A DNA stretch of 64,000 nucleotides from Betaproteobacteria bacterium (GTDB lineage Bacteria; Pseudomonadota; Gammaproteobacteria; Burkholderiales; JACQAP01). How positions within the stretch are numbered: position 1 is the first letter of the stretch; every line of letters starts with the position of its first letter. The translations under genes and the position numbers were made by a program. The DNA is taken from positions 9,326 to 73,325 of the forward strand of contig JANLTJ010000261.1 of the NCBI GenBank assembly GCA_031362885.1, written 5' to 3'. A model generated the notes under the pieces. It did not search any database. It was not told the origin of the DNA and worked only from the letters and a program-made list of their open reading frames with translations. Shown in pieces: positions 8,316 through 18,498 of this stretch.

Positions 8316-9593
8316 TTAAATCAGTGTATCAATGACGCCGGCAGACATGCATTCATCCACGCTGCCGGACTCGGTGTTGCGGCGGAGGACCAATGTCATC
8401 GCAGCCGGCGGCAACAATCGAATGCTGGCACCGGGCAAAGCAACCACGCGCCCAACCGATGCTGCCAGGCCCACATAGATGCCTCCGCCGGCATCTCCAA
8501 ATATCTGCAATGTGACCCGATGTCCGCGCTCGCGCAGGGACGACAACACCAGGGAAAGATGGGCGACATACTCTGAAATCATCAGACGCTCATCACGCAA
8601 CGTGGTCGCCTGTCCCGGGGCATCAAGAAAAACCGTAACTGCGACATCACCACGTTCGCCCGCCAGGGCAAGACATTCTCCCGCCAGGGTCCAGATCGCC
8701 AGTGCACCCACTGCGGCGCCATCGATAAATCCGAAAAAAGCATTGGTCGAAGACTGATCGCTGCGACCAATGAGCACACCGTCCATCCTGTGCACTTTCA
8801 CTCCGTGCGGAATGATCTCCCGAAGCACTTCGGGCAATTCCCCCGAAGTATTCCCCGGTGCCGCCGGTGCAACGCCCTGCGCGAGCAAACGGGTACCGAG
8901 CTGGGTATGCCATCGTTGCAGGTAAGGCAGTGCGCTCTGCCCACACTCTGCAACCCAGGCGCGAGCAGCGAGGCGAAACGCGTCCGGGAAATCGTCGCAC
9001 AGTTGGTCCGAGTGAAGAAGCTTCGCTCGCGCCGCACCGCCCATCAATGCGGTAACGGCATCGAAGTCTGTAGCGTCAAGTTCGGCAAAACCTCCCAACG
9101 CCTGAATGACGGCTGGCCCTGACATGGCGAGACGGGATTCTTGGCAGTAAACACGCTTGGTACAAGTGGCGGCGAGCATGCTTGCGCCGCCGAAGCAGTC
9201 CCGCCCTATCAGCGCCAGTGAAGGCAATCCGCTGAGGCGCGCATCAAGCATGTGTCGATAGAGTTGCCGAAACGCGCCCAAGGCGGGGAGACCCCCATCA
9301 AGGCGCACGCCGGCTGAATCCAGACACATGATGAATGGCCGCCCCATAGAGCGGCTTTGTTCCAGCAGTTCGGCGCATGACTTTGATTCCACCACACCAA
9401 ATGATCCGCCGGCCATGCTTCTGTCGGTGGCAATGATCGTGACTTCGCGCCCACCGATCATGCCCGTTCCCGAAACCAGAGAACCATGGGCCTGAACCTG
9501 GCCATGAACAAGTGATTCGTGATCAAGCAGCGCTGTAATGCGCTGTACGGGTGTGGTGGCGGTGAAAGATTCCCCTGACATCAAATCTTGCAC
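8316..9593 (-). CDS. fused carboxyltransferase: MdcD-like N-terminal half plus MdcE-like C-terminal half (biotin-independent malonate decarboxylase beta/gamma-like)
   Basis: 425 aa. The N half (GTGMIGGREVTIIATDRSMAGGSFGVVES...LDSAGVRLDGG...CFGGASMLA...LAMSGPAVIQ) has the carboxyltransferase/crotonase-like pattern of MdcD/AccD. The C half (VFLDAPGQATTLRDERLMISEYVAHL...GHRVTLQIFGDAGGGIYVGLA) resembles MdcE/AccA-type halves. The start is either GTG 9593 or ATG 9581; the latter shares one base with the upstream stop (TGATG). Confidence 0.6.
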   Translation of the reverse strand: MQDLMSGESFTATTPVQRITALLDHESLVHGQVQAHGSLVSGTGMIGGREVTIIATDRSMAGGSFGVVESKSCAELLEQSRSMGRPFIMCLDSAGVRLDGGLPALGAFRQLYRHMLDARLSGLPSLALIGRDCFGGASMLAATCTKRVYCQESRLAMSGPAVIQALGGFAELDATDFDAVTALMGGAARAKLLHSDQLCDDFPDAFRLAARAWVAECGQSALPYLQRWHTQLGTRLLAQGVAPAAPGNTSGELPEVLREIIPHGVKVHRMDGVLIGRSDQSSTNAFFGFIDGAAVGALAIWTLAGECLALAGERGDVAVTVFLDAPGQATTLRDERLMISEYVAHLSLVLSSLRERGHRVTLQIFGDAGGGIYVGLAASVGRVVALPGASIRLLPPAAMTLVLRRNTESGSVDECMSAGVIDTLI

Positions 9594-10711
9594 CAGCGCC
9601 GCGCGATTTCCTCGTAAGCGGCAACCGACTGCGCGATCCGGTCAGTTACACAGTATTCATTGGTCTGGTGCGCCATTTGCGCTTCCCCAGGACCGAGAAT
9701 GACGGTGGGTGGCGTGTGGTAAGCAACATTGAGCGCGGCGGCATCGGTGAAATAAGTGGCCACGCGCGGGTGCGGCCGAACGCCCAATAGGGGCTGCATG
9801 ATCTCAAACACCTCCTGCATCCACGGATGCGTGGGTTCGGTAAATACGGCTTCCAGATCGAGCAGGGTTTCGAGTTCCACTTCGTCGCCCAACTGGCGCT
9901 GCAGCTCGGCCTTCAACTGCGCATGCTGGATGCCGGGAACGGTGCGGATATCGACACCGATCACGGCTTCGTCCGGCACCGAGTTGATGTTGAGCCCGCC
10001 GCGTATGGTGCCGACATTCAATGTCGCCTGGCCCATCAGATCATGCGGCGGATTGGTGAAGCGGAATTTTTCCAGCACGGCCAGTGCGCGCGCCGCTTTG
10101 TAGACGGCGTTCACGCCTTTCTCCGGCATGGAGCCGTGCGCGGTAACTCCGCGTGTGCGCGCATTCATCCACAAGGCGCCGCGATGACCGGCGAAGGGAT
10201 AATTCGACGACGGTTCCGCCACTACGACCGCGCCGGCGCGTCCGAGCGCGCCGCTTTGCTGCGTGAGATGAAACGCGCCCTCGCAGCCGGTTTCCTCACC
10301 GGCGGTGATGACCAGTTCCAGTCCGGGAGAGCGCGCCAGTTTATCCGCCAGAACAAGCGCAGCCACGACGAAGGCCGCCACGCCGCTTTTCATGTCGCTG
10401 GTTCCGCGGCCGTAGAGTTTGCCACCAGCGGTGTCGGCGGCGAAGGGATCCATATCCCAAGCCGCCGCGCCCAGCGGAACCGTGTCGATATGACCGGTGA
10501 AACACAACGGACCTTTTTCGGCCTTGCCGCCGATGCTCGCCACCAGACTGACACGTTGTGGCGAGAAGGCGTGAAAGCGGATTCTGAATCCGGCCTTTTC
10601 CAGCAGCGCGCCTAGGTGGCGCGCGCACGACTCTTCCTGGCCCGGGGGGTTGATGGTATTCATGCGCACGAGCTGCCGGGTGAGTTCGACCGCGTCGATC
10701 GGTGCTTTCAT
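9581..10711 (-). CDS. M20 family metallo-amidohydrolase (ArgE/DapE-type deacylase)
   Basis: Track ORF 9581..10783. Internal ATG 10711 (MKAPIDAVELTRQLV) avoids overlap with livF and gives 376 aa. Motifs FTGHIDTVP, GRGTSDMKSG and ITAGEETG are M20 metal-ligand blocks. Confidence 0.8.
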   Translation of the reverse strand: MKAPIDAVELTRQLVRMNTINPPGQEESCARHLGALLEKAGFRIRFHAFSPQRVSLVASIGGKAEKGPLCFTGHIDTVPLGAAAWDMDPFAADTAGGKLYGRGTSDMKSGVAAFVVAALVLADKLARSPGLELVITAGEETGCEGAFHLTQQSGALGRAGAVVVAEPSSNYPFAGHRGALWMNARTRGVTAHGSMPEKGVNAVYKAARALAVLEKFRFTNPPHDLMGQATLNVGTIRGGLNINSVPDEAVIGVDIRTVPGIQHAQLKAELQRQLGDEVELETLLDLEAVFTEPTHPWMQEVFEIMQPLLGVRPHPRVATYFTDAAALNVAYHTPPTVILGPGEAQMAHQTNEYCVTDRIAQSVAAYEEIARRWCKI

Positions 10712-10724
10712 ATGGGCTGCTTCC

Positions 10725-11438
10725 TCATGTCCTGCCGAAGTACGCGGCGCGCACTTCGGCGTTCTCGCGCAATGCCGCGGCATCGCCAGCGGCCACCACC
10801 CGGCCCTGTGACAACACGTAGCCGTGGTGGGCGATGGCCAGCGTCTGCTTTACGTTCTGTTCCACCAGGAGCACCGTCACGCCAGTCTCATTGATGCGAC
10901 GTATGACCTGAAAACTTTCCTTCACGAACAAGGGCGACAGACCGAGCGAAGGCTCATCGATAATCAGCAGTTTCGGCGCCGCCATCAGTCCGCGGCCGAT
11001 CGAGAGCATCGCCTGCTCGCCTCCTGACATGGTACCCGCAAGCTGGTTAAGTCGCTCCTTGAGGCGCGGAAAAGTCTCAAACACGCCACCGAGCCGGTCG
11101 GACAGATCGGCCGCCTTGTCTGCATAAGCGCCCATCAGGAGATTTTCCCGCACCGTCATTTTTGCGAACACTTTGCGGCCTTCGGGGATGCAGGCGATGC
11201 CACGCGCGATGATCTGATGCGTGGGCAATCCGGTGATTTCCACACCGTCGTGCAGCACGCGCCCGCCGCGCGCCGGTGTCAGCGCGAGGATGGCGCGGAT
11301 CAGCGTGCTTTTCCCCGCGCCGTTAACGCCGAGGATGCAAGTGATCTCGCCCGGGCGCACGCTGAGCGAAACGCCGCTCAACACGTCGGCCTGATCGTAA
11401 CCGGCGCGCAGATTTTCGATAACCAGGCCGCCTGCCAT
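10725..11438 (-). CDS. livF: branched-chain-amino-acid-type (HAAT) ABC transporter ATP-binding protein
   Basis: Track ORF 10725..11564. Internal ATG 11438 (MAGGLVIENLRAGY) gives 237 aa and abuts the livG stop. Walker A GVNGAGKST, signature MSGGEQ, Walker B LLIIDEPS. Confidence 0.85.
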   Translation of the reverse strand: MAGGLVIENLRAGYDQADVLSGVSLSVRPGEITCILGVNGAGKSTLIRAILALTPARGGRVLHDGVEITGLPTHQIIARGIACIPEGRKVFAKMTVRENLLMGAYADKAADLSDRLGGVFETFPRLKERLNQLAGTMSGGEQAMLSIGRGLMAAPKLLIIDEPSLGLSPLFVKESFQVIRRINETGVTVLLVEQNVKQTLAIAHHGYVLSQGRVVAAGDAAALRENAEVRAAYFGRT

Positions 11439-11439
11439 C

Positions 11440-12216
11440 TCAATCCTCGCCCAGGTAAGCCTTGCGCACGTTTTCATCGGCCACCACGTCGCGGTAGGCA
11501 CCTTCGCGGATCTTCTGTCCGTAGTTGAGCACCGCGCAGCGCTGCGTGATGCGTTCGATGACATTCATTTCATGTTCGATCAGAATCACCGACAGCGCGG
11601 GCAGGCGCGCACGCGCCGCCATCAGATCGTCCATCAGCTCATGGGTTTCGTCGTGCGTCATGCCCGCGGATGGTTCATCGAGCAGCAGAATCTCCGGTTC
11701 ACTGATGAGCGCGCGACAGATTTCTACGCGCCGGCGGTCGATCATGCTCAAGGTCGCCACCGGTTCCGCCATTCGGTGCGCGAGGGATTTGCTGAAAATA
11801 GTCATCAGCACCTGCGCTTTGTCCAGACATTCGTCAAGCTGACGCGCGAGGGCGCCGCGGCGGAACAGATTTGTCCACAAGCCGTGATCGAGATTGCGGT
11901 GGTTGCCGATCATGAGATTGTCGAAGATCGACAGCGGCAGACACAGTCGCGAGCGCTGGAACGTGCGCGCGATTCCGGCGCGGCTGATCGCCTGTGGCGT
12001 GGCCCCGGTGATATCGAGGCCGTTGATTTTGACCGTGCCGGCGGCAGCACGGTACAGCCCGGTCAGGACATTGAAAAACGTGGTCTTGCCAGAGCCGTTG
12101 GGTCCGATCAGGCCGAGGAGTTCGTTCGCCTGCAATTGCAAGTCGAAGCCATCGAGCGCGGTCAATCCGCCAAATCGCACGGTGAGGCCTTCGACTTCGA
12201 GCAGCGCTGGTTTCAT
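11440..12216 (-). CDS. livG: HAAT ABC transporter ATP-binding protein
   Basis: 258 aa. Walker A GPNGSGKTT, Walker B ILLLDEPSAG, and a LivG-type C-terminus. Confidence 0.85.
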   Translation of the reverse strand: MKPALLEVEGLTVRFGGLTALDGFDLQLQANELLGLIGPNGSGKTTFFNVLTGLYRAAAGTVKINGLDITGATPQAISRAGIARTFQRSRLCLPLSIFDNLMIGNHRNLDHGLWTNLFRRGALARQLDECLDKAQVLMTIFSKSLAHRMAEPVATLSMIDRRRVEICRALISEPEILLLDEPSAGMTHDETHELMDDLMAARARLPALSVILIEHEMNVIERITQRCAVLNYGQKIREGAYRDVVADENVRKAYLGED

Positions 12217-13370
12217 GCGCGGGCGCGTTTCGGAAAATAGTCACGCAGCCTACGCGGCAGCAGTCCGCCGGGGCGAAACAGCAGAATCAGAATCACCAGC
12301 AGCGCGTAAAGCAAAAAGCGGTATTCCTGGATTACCTGAAGTTTTTCCGGCAGCACCAGCAGCAGCAAAGCCGCGAGGATAACGCCACGCGGATTGCCCA
12401 GCCCGCCGAGAATGACGATGGAAACCAGAATCAGCGAATCGCCAAAGGTGAAATTGTTTGGCGCGATATAGCCGCTCATCATCGCGTATACCGCGCCCGC
12501 GATGCCCGCCAGAAAATTACCGAGCACAAACGCCAGAATTTTCCAGCGTGCGATGTCGATGCCGGATACGGCGGCGGCCGTTTCATCGAGCCGCACCGCA
12601 TCGAGGTTTAAACCAATCCAGGAAGTTTCGAGACGCTTGACCAGCACAAAAGCGCAGGCCGCCAGCAGTACCGCCAGCAGCGCGTAGTTCAGATAGAAAG
12701 AGGCTTCGAGGCCATCGGCAATCCGCAGCGGCTCATTGAAAGACCGCCCCAGAATTGTGAGGCCCGGCACTTTCAGACCCTGGGGGCCCCCGAGCGCGTC
12801 GTTCACTTCGATAAATGTTTTGAACAAGATTCCGAACGCAATGGTAATCAGGGCGGCGTAATGCCCGCGCGTGCGTAACATCGGCAAAATCAGCACCGAA
12901 CCGATCAGCGCCGCGATCACTCCGGCGGCGGCGATGATTAGCAGGTGAGGTATCGCCGTATGCGTGGCGAGCAGGGCGGCGCTATAGCAGCCGATGCCGA
13001 AGAAAGCGGCACCGGCAAAGTTTGCGACGCCTGCGTAACCGAACTGCACCGTCAGCCCGAGGCAGGCAATGGAATACAGCGCCACGGTTGCCAGCATGAG
13101 CAGGGCAAAGTGAGATTCATACAACGTCGCAGCCAGCACAAGGCAGCCAATGACGGCGGCGCTCTGGCTATAGCGCGGTTCGCGCGCGGCTGCTTGCTCC
13201 GTGCGCAGGCGCAGTCCGGTTTTTTCCAGAACGACCAGCGCGCCCACGACGCCGATCGCCAGCAGTGCAATCTGCCACTGGTTTTCGATTTCAAGAAACA
13301 GTAAGACCACCACGGTGGCGAGTGCCACGGCGACAGCAATGGCGAGCCGTGCGCGCAGAGTATCTGGCAT
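12213..13370 (-). CDS. livM: HAAT ABC transporter permease
   Basis: 385 aa polytopic membrane protein. It has a 4-nt overlap with livG and LivM-like GQ.S.GHAAFFGIGAY-type segments (YAGVANFAGAAFFGIGCY). Confidence 0.85.
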   Translation of the reverse strand: MPDTLRARLAIAVAVALATVVVLLFLEIENQWQIALLAIGVVGALVVLEKTGLRLRTEQAAAREPRYSQSAAVIGCLVLAATLYESHFALLMLATVALYSIACLGLTVQFGYAGVANFAGAAFFGIGCYSAALLATHTAIPHLLIIAAAGVIAALIGSVLILPMLRTRGHYAALITIAFGILFKTFIEVNDALGGPQGLKVPGLTILGRSFNEPLRIADGLEASFYLNYALLAVLLAACAFVLVKRLETSWIGLNLDAVRLDETAAAVSGIDIARWKILAFVLGNFLAGIAGAVYAMMSGYIAPNNFTFGDSLILVSIVILGGLGNPRGVILAALLLLVLPEKLQVIQEYRFLLYALLVILILLFRPGGLLPRRLRDYFPKRARA

Positions 13371-13412
13371 GGCTACACCTGCTCCGGCAATTTCATACGC
13401 GCTCCGCCATTG

Positions 13413-14330
13413 TCATACCCGCTCCGCTGTAGTTTCCGCGATCAGACCGGTGGGTTTCCAGGTCATCAATACAATCACCGCGGCGAAAGCGAACACATCT
13501 TTGTAGGCCGGCACGGAGAACCAGACAGCTCCAAGCGTCTGCAATGCGGCGAACAAAAAACCGCCCAGGATGGCGCCGTAAATGTTGCCGAGTCCGCCGA
13601 CGACTGCGGCGCTGAATCCGATCACACCCAGCAGCAAGCCCATGCCGAAGTTGATCTCGCTGTAGTACAAGCCGTTGCTGATTCCGGCCAGGGCGGCCAG
13701 CGCCGAACCCATTGCGAACGTGATCATCACGGTGCGCTCGAAATTTACCCCCATCAGGCGCGCGGTATCGGGATCCTGCGCCACGGCGCGAATCGCCAGG
13801 CCCAGCCGCGTGCGATTGATAAGCAGGTAAATGGCGACGATGGACAGCAGGCCGACCGTGAGTAGAATCAGACTGTCGAGGCGCAGGGACAGCGCGCCAA
13901 ACGAGTAAGCGTCCGCTGGCAGCAAACGCGGAAATGGTTTTGGATTGGAACCCTGTGGATAGAACAGACGCACGGCCTCTCGCAGGGCCAGGCCGAGCAT
14001 GAGCGTAATGAGCAGGGTATTGAGCGGGGGCGCCTTGCGCAACGGCAGCACAAGATAGCGCGCAATCAGCGCGCCAAGCGCCGCCATGACCAGTATGCCG
14101 GTCGCGGCGGAAATCAACAGCAACAAAAAAGGCGCAGATACGCCAGTGGCATGCAGGCCAAAATACGCGCCCAGGGCGACAAAAGCCCCAACCATGACCA
14201 CATCGCCGTGGGAAAACTTGATGACATCGAGTACGCCGAAGAACAGTGTGAACCCGACCGCCACCATGGAGTAGATCACGCCGAGCATGATCCCGTTCAG
14301 AAGGTATTGACCAAACAGTCCGGGGTCCAT
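13413..14330 (-). CDS. livH: HAAT ABC transporter permease
   Basis: 305 aa. The N-terminus LLNGIMLGVIYSMVAVGFTLFFGVLDVIKFSHGD is typical of LivH. Confidence 0.85.
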   Translation of the reverse strand: MDPGLFGQYLLNGIMLGVIYSMVAVGFTLFFGVLDVIKFSHGDVVMVGAFVALGAYFGLHATGVSAPFLLLLISAATGILVMAALGALIARYLVLPLRKAPPLNTLLITLMLGLALREAVRLFYPQGSNPKPFPRLLPADAYSFGALSLRLDSLILLTVGLLSIVAIYLLINRTRLGLAIRAVAQDPDTARLMGVNFERTVMITFAMGSALAALAGISNGLYYSEINFGMGLLLGVIGFSAAVVGGLGNIYGAILGGFLFAALQTLGAVWFSVPAYKDVFAFAAVIVLMTWKPTGLIAETTAERV

Positions 14331-14354
14331 GCGCGGGCGAATCGGTGGGGTGAT

Positions 14355-15515
14355 TTATCGCGCGCGCGGCAGTTTACGCTGACCTTTGGCGTACTCGCTG
14401 TCCTCCCACACCGTCCACTTGCCATCCTGCACGACGAATTTCGTGATCAGCGGCACCATATTCTGGCGGTGATCGTCGAAGCTGATCTTGCCAACAATCG
14501 ACTGATGGTCGCGCGTGGTGTTTAACTCGGCCATGACTTTGCGCCGGTCCGGCCCGACTTTTTCCACCGCATCCATGATGAGGCTTGCCGCGGCGTAGGC
14601 AAAAGCGCCATAGGCTTCCGGTTCCTCAGCGTAGTTCTGCTTCTGGTATTGCTCGAGAAAAAATCGTCCGCCCGGGAGTTTTTCCGCCGGTGCGCCTTCG
14701 CGGAACGCCAAGGTTCCTTCGGCGAGCGGACCGAGACCTTCGATGAAAGCATCGGAAACAATGCCCGAGGTACCCTGAAACACCGCGTTGATGCCGAGCC
14801 GATCCATTTGCGAGCGAATGCGCACACCGATCGGCGTCAGGCCGCCGAAGTAAATGACTTCGGGTTTAAGGTCCTTGATCTTGGTGAGTTCGGCATTGAA
14901 GTCCTGCTGATCCGCGGTCACGCCGAAGGTGCCGAGAATGCTGCCGCCGCGTTTTTGAATGTCGGCGGCAAAATATTTGTTATGGCCTTTGCCGTAATCC
15001 GTGGTGTCGTGAATTACGGCCCATTTCTTATATTTGAGTTCCGTCATGAAGCGCGCGGCGGTTTCGTTCTGGTTGATCATGGTGCCGTTCACGCGATGCA
15101 CTTCCTTGTAGTCGTTCGCGTAAGTCACATCCGGGAGCACCGCTCCCCAGACGATGACCGGCAATCCGAAGCGGTGATAGACATCCACCGCGCCCATCGC
15201 CACCGCGGAGCAATAGTGGGTCACGCCGGCGATAATCCTGCGATCGGCGGCGGCCTTTGTCGCCACCTGCACGCCAATGTTGGGTTTGCATTCGTCGTCG
15301 AGCACCGTAAGTTCATAGCTATATTTGGCGCTCGCCTCGGCATTACGCAACCGCACGGCGAGATCGGCGGAATTGCGCCCGCCCAGCCCGTTGGCGGAAA
15401 CGCCGCCGGTCAGCGGTCCGATAAATACGAGCCTAACGGTTTCCTTGGAACTCGCGTTTGTGCTGACGGCGGCCAGCAACAACAGCGAGGCACAGAAAGT
15501 AGACAGACGACGCAT
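14355..15515 (-). CDS. periplasmic substrate-binding protein, type-1 PBP (Leu/Ile/Val-binding family); ligand unknown
   Basis: Track ORF 14355..15611 starts at a TTG that is part of a TTGACA -35 box. Internal ATG 15515 gives MRRLSTFCASLLLLAAVSTNASS (signal peptide), 386 aa, with IGPLTGG..ANG typical of the family. Confidence 0.85.
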   Translation of the reverse strand: MRRLSTFCASLLLLAAVSTNASSKETVRLVFIGPLTGGVSANGLGGRNSADLAVRLRNAEASAKYSYELTVLDDECKPNIGVQVATKAAADRRIIAGVTHYCSAVAMGAVDVYHRFGLPVIVWGAVLPDVTYANDYKEVHRVNGTMINQNETAARFMTELKYKKWAVIHDTTDYGKGHNKYFAADIQKRGGSILGTFGVTADQQDFNAELTKIKDLKPEVIYFGGLTPIGVRIRSQMDRLGINAVFQGTSGIVSDAFIEGLGPLAEGTLAFREGAPAEKLPGGRFFLEQYQKQNYAEEPEAYGAFAYAAASLIMDAVEKVGPDRRKVMAELNTTRDHQSIVGKISFDDHRQNMVPLITKFVVQDGKWTVWEDSEYAKGQRKLPRAR

Positions 15516-15582
15516 GGCAGACCTCGCTTGGCAGGCCGGTTCGCGGAAAAACCAGCAGGAAGTTTCGGGCAATACAGGCGGG

Positions 15583-15611
15583 AGGTTATTGAGCGCGTCC
15601 CGGGTTGTCAA
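15583..15611 (-). promoter_or_regulatory. sigma70-like promoter for the 8-gene operon: TTGACA - 17 nt - TAACCT
   Basis: On the reverse strand, -35 is TTGACA (15611-15606) and -10 is TAACCT (15588-15583). It lies about 70 nt upstream of ATG 15515, directly after the atp terminator. Confidence 0.35.
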
Positions 15612-15630
15612 CGCTCGCTCAGCTCAGGGC

Positions 15631-15657
15631 AAAAAAAGAGCGGCCCGCGGCCGCTCT
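15631..15657 (-). terminator. rho-independent terminator of the atp operon
   Basis: The reverse strand reads AGAGCGGCC-GCG-GGCCGCTCT followed by TTTTTTT, 22 nt after the atpC stop. Confidence 0.85.
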
Positions 15658-15678
15658 GTTGGACGCGACAAACGCGGA

Positions 15679-16098
15679 CTACTTCTTGCGAAATTTGCGG
15701 ATGGCTGCGATTTGCGCCGCCATCATCGAGAATTCCGCCTGCAAGGTGGCGATTTCCTGTTTGTCGGTGGCATTGCGCAGTGCGTCCTCGGCGCGTTTTT
15801 GCGCCTCCAAGGCCTTGGCTTCATCCAGATCGTGGCCACGGATCGCGGTATCGGCGAGCACAGTCACGATCGAAGGCTGCACTTCGAGTATGCCGCCCGC
15901 GACAAAAATCAGATTCTCTTCGCCGCCACCGGCCGGCTTGATACGCACGGCACCGGGCTTGATGCGCGTGATCAACGGAGTGTGGCGGGGATAAATGCCG
16001 AGTTCGCCCGCTTCGCCGGGCAGGACGACGAATTCCGCCTCGCCGGAAAAGACCGAGGCTTCGGCGCTCACCACATCAACGTGCATAGTATTGGCCAT
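15679..16098 (-). CDS. atpC: F1 ATP synthase epsilon subunit
   Basis: 139 aa. [34 protein letters not shown] is the canonical epsilon N-terminus. Last gene of the atp operon. Confidence 0.95.
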   Translation of the reverse strand: MANTMHVDVVSAEASVFSGEAEFVVLPGEAGELGIYPRHTPLITRIKPGAVRIKPAGGGEENLIFVAGGILEVQPSIVTVLADTAIRGHDLDEAKALEAQKRAEDALRNATDKQEIATLQAEFSMMAAQIAAIRKFRKK

Positions 16099-16118
16099 TT
16101 CAGATTCCCGGTGAGGCC

Positions 16119-17573
<1,455 letters not shown>

Positions 17574-17588
17574 TTAAGAGAAGCGTTT

Positions 17589-18452
17589 CTAAACCGCTGC
17601 CGCGCCGCCGACAATCTCCGAAAGCTCTTTGGTGATCGCCGCTTGCCGGCTCTTGTTGTACACCAGTGTCAGTTCATCGATCAGAGTAGCAGCGTTGTCA
17701 GAGGCGGACTTCATCGCCACCATGCGCGCCGATTGTTCGGACGCCATGTTTTCCGACACACCTTGGTAAACCACGGACTCGATGTAGCGCGTGAGCACCT
17801 GGTCGAGAACGCCCTTGGCCTCCGGCTCGTAGATATAGTCCCAGTTGCCTTCCGGTGTACCGATGCGCTCGCCGGAGAGCGGCAGCAACTGCTCCATCAC
17901 CGGTTCCTGCTTCATGGTGTTGATGAAGCGGGTGTAGAAAATCAGCACGCGGTCGAATTTGTCCGTGCTGTAACCGTCGAGCATGATCTTGACCGCGCCG
18001 ATAAGGTCTTCCAGTTTCGGACGATCGCCCAGGGCGATGGCCTGCGAAATGATGTTCGCTCCCAAGCGCTGCATGAAACCCATGCCTTTGCCGCCTATAC
18101 AGCAGACGTCGATTTCCTCGCCCTCACTCTGCCATTGTTTGTACTGATTCAGTGCCATGCGCAAGATGTTGGTGTTGAGCGCGCCGCACAAACCCTTGTC
18201 GGTCGTGATGATGATGATGCCGACACGCTTGACGGTATCGCGCGCAATCAGGAAGGGGTGGCGATACTCGGGATTGGCATGCGAAATATGCGCCGCGACA
18301 TTGCGAATTTTTTCTGCGTACGGGCGCGCGGCGCGCATGCGCTCCTGCGCCTTGCGCATTTTCGACGCCGCGACCATCTCCATCGCCTTGGTGATCTTGC
18401 GCGTGTTTTGCACGCTCTTGATCTTGGTGCGTATTTCTTTTGTGCCAGCCAT
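17589..18452 (-). CDS. atpG: F1 ATP synthase gamma subunit
   Basis: 287 aa. [37 protein letters not shown]-terminus and ITKEL.EIV.GA C-terminus. Confidence 0.95.
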   Translation of the reverse strand: MAGTKEIRTKIKSVQNTRKITKAMEMVAASKMRKAQERMRAARPYAEKIRNVAAHISHANPEYRHPFLIARDTVKRVGIIIITTDKGLCGALNTNILRMALNQYKQWQSEGEEIDVCCIGGKGMGFMQRLGANIISQAIALGDRPKLEDLIGAVKIMLDGYSTDKFDRVLIFYTRFINTMKQEPVMEQLLPLSGERIGTPEGNWDYIYEPEAKGVLDQVLTRYIESVVYQGVSENMASEQSARMVAMKSASDNAATLIDELTLVYNKSRQAAITKELSEIVGGAAAV

Positions 18453-18498
18453 CGATTCTCAGTCCCGATACCGCGTCATTGTTTCCAAACAGCCGTGC

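Noticed and set aside
10712-10783. N-terminal extensions in track ORFs (M20 10783, livF 11564, binding protein 15611, mnmE 29168, topA 39328, tkt 48926, pgk 57762, ntrY 45386)
   Set aside because: The extensions overlap upstream genes or promoter elements, are Arg/Pro-rich, and precede canonical family N-termini that begin at internal ATGs. Shorter starts were adopted.
14649-15941. 430-aa ORF on the + strand
   Set aside because: It is antisense to the binding-protein gene and atpC, and it reads through a terminator and a promoter region. Its low-complexity Arg/Gly/Ala composition marks it as a shadow ORF.
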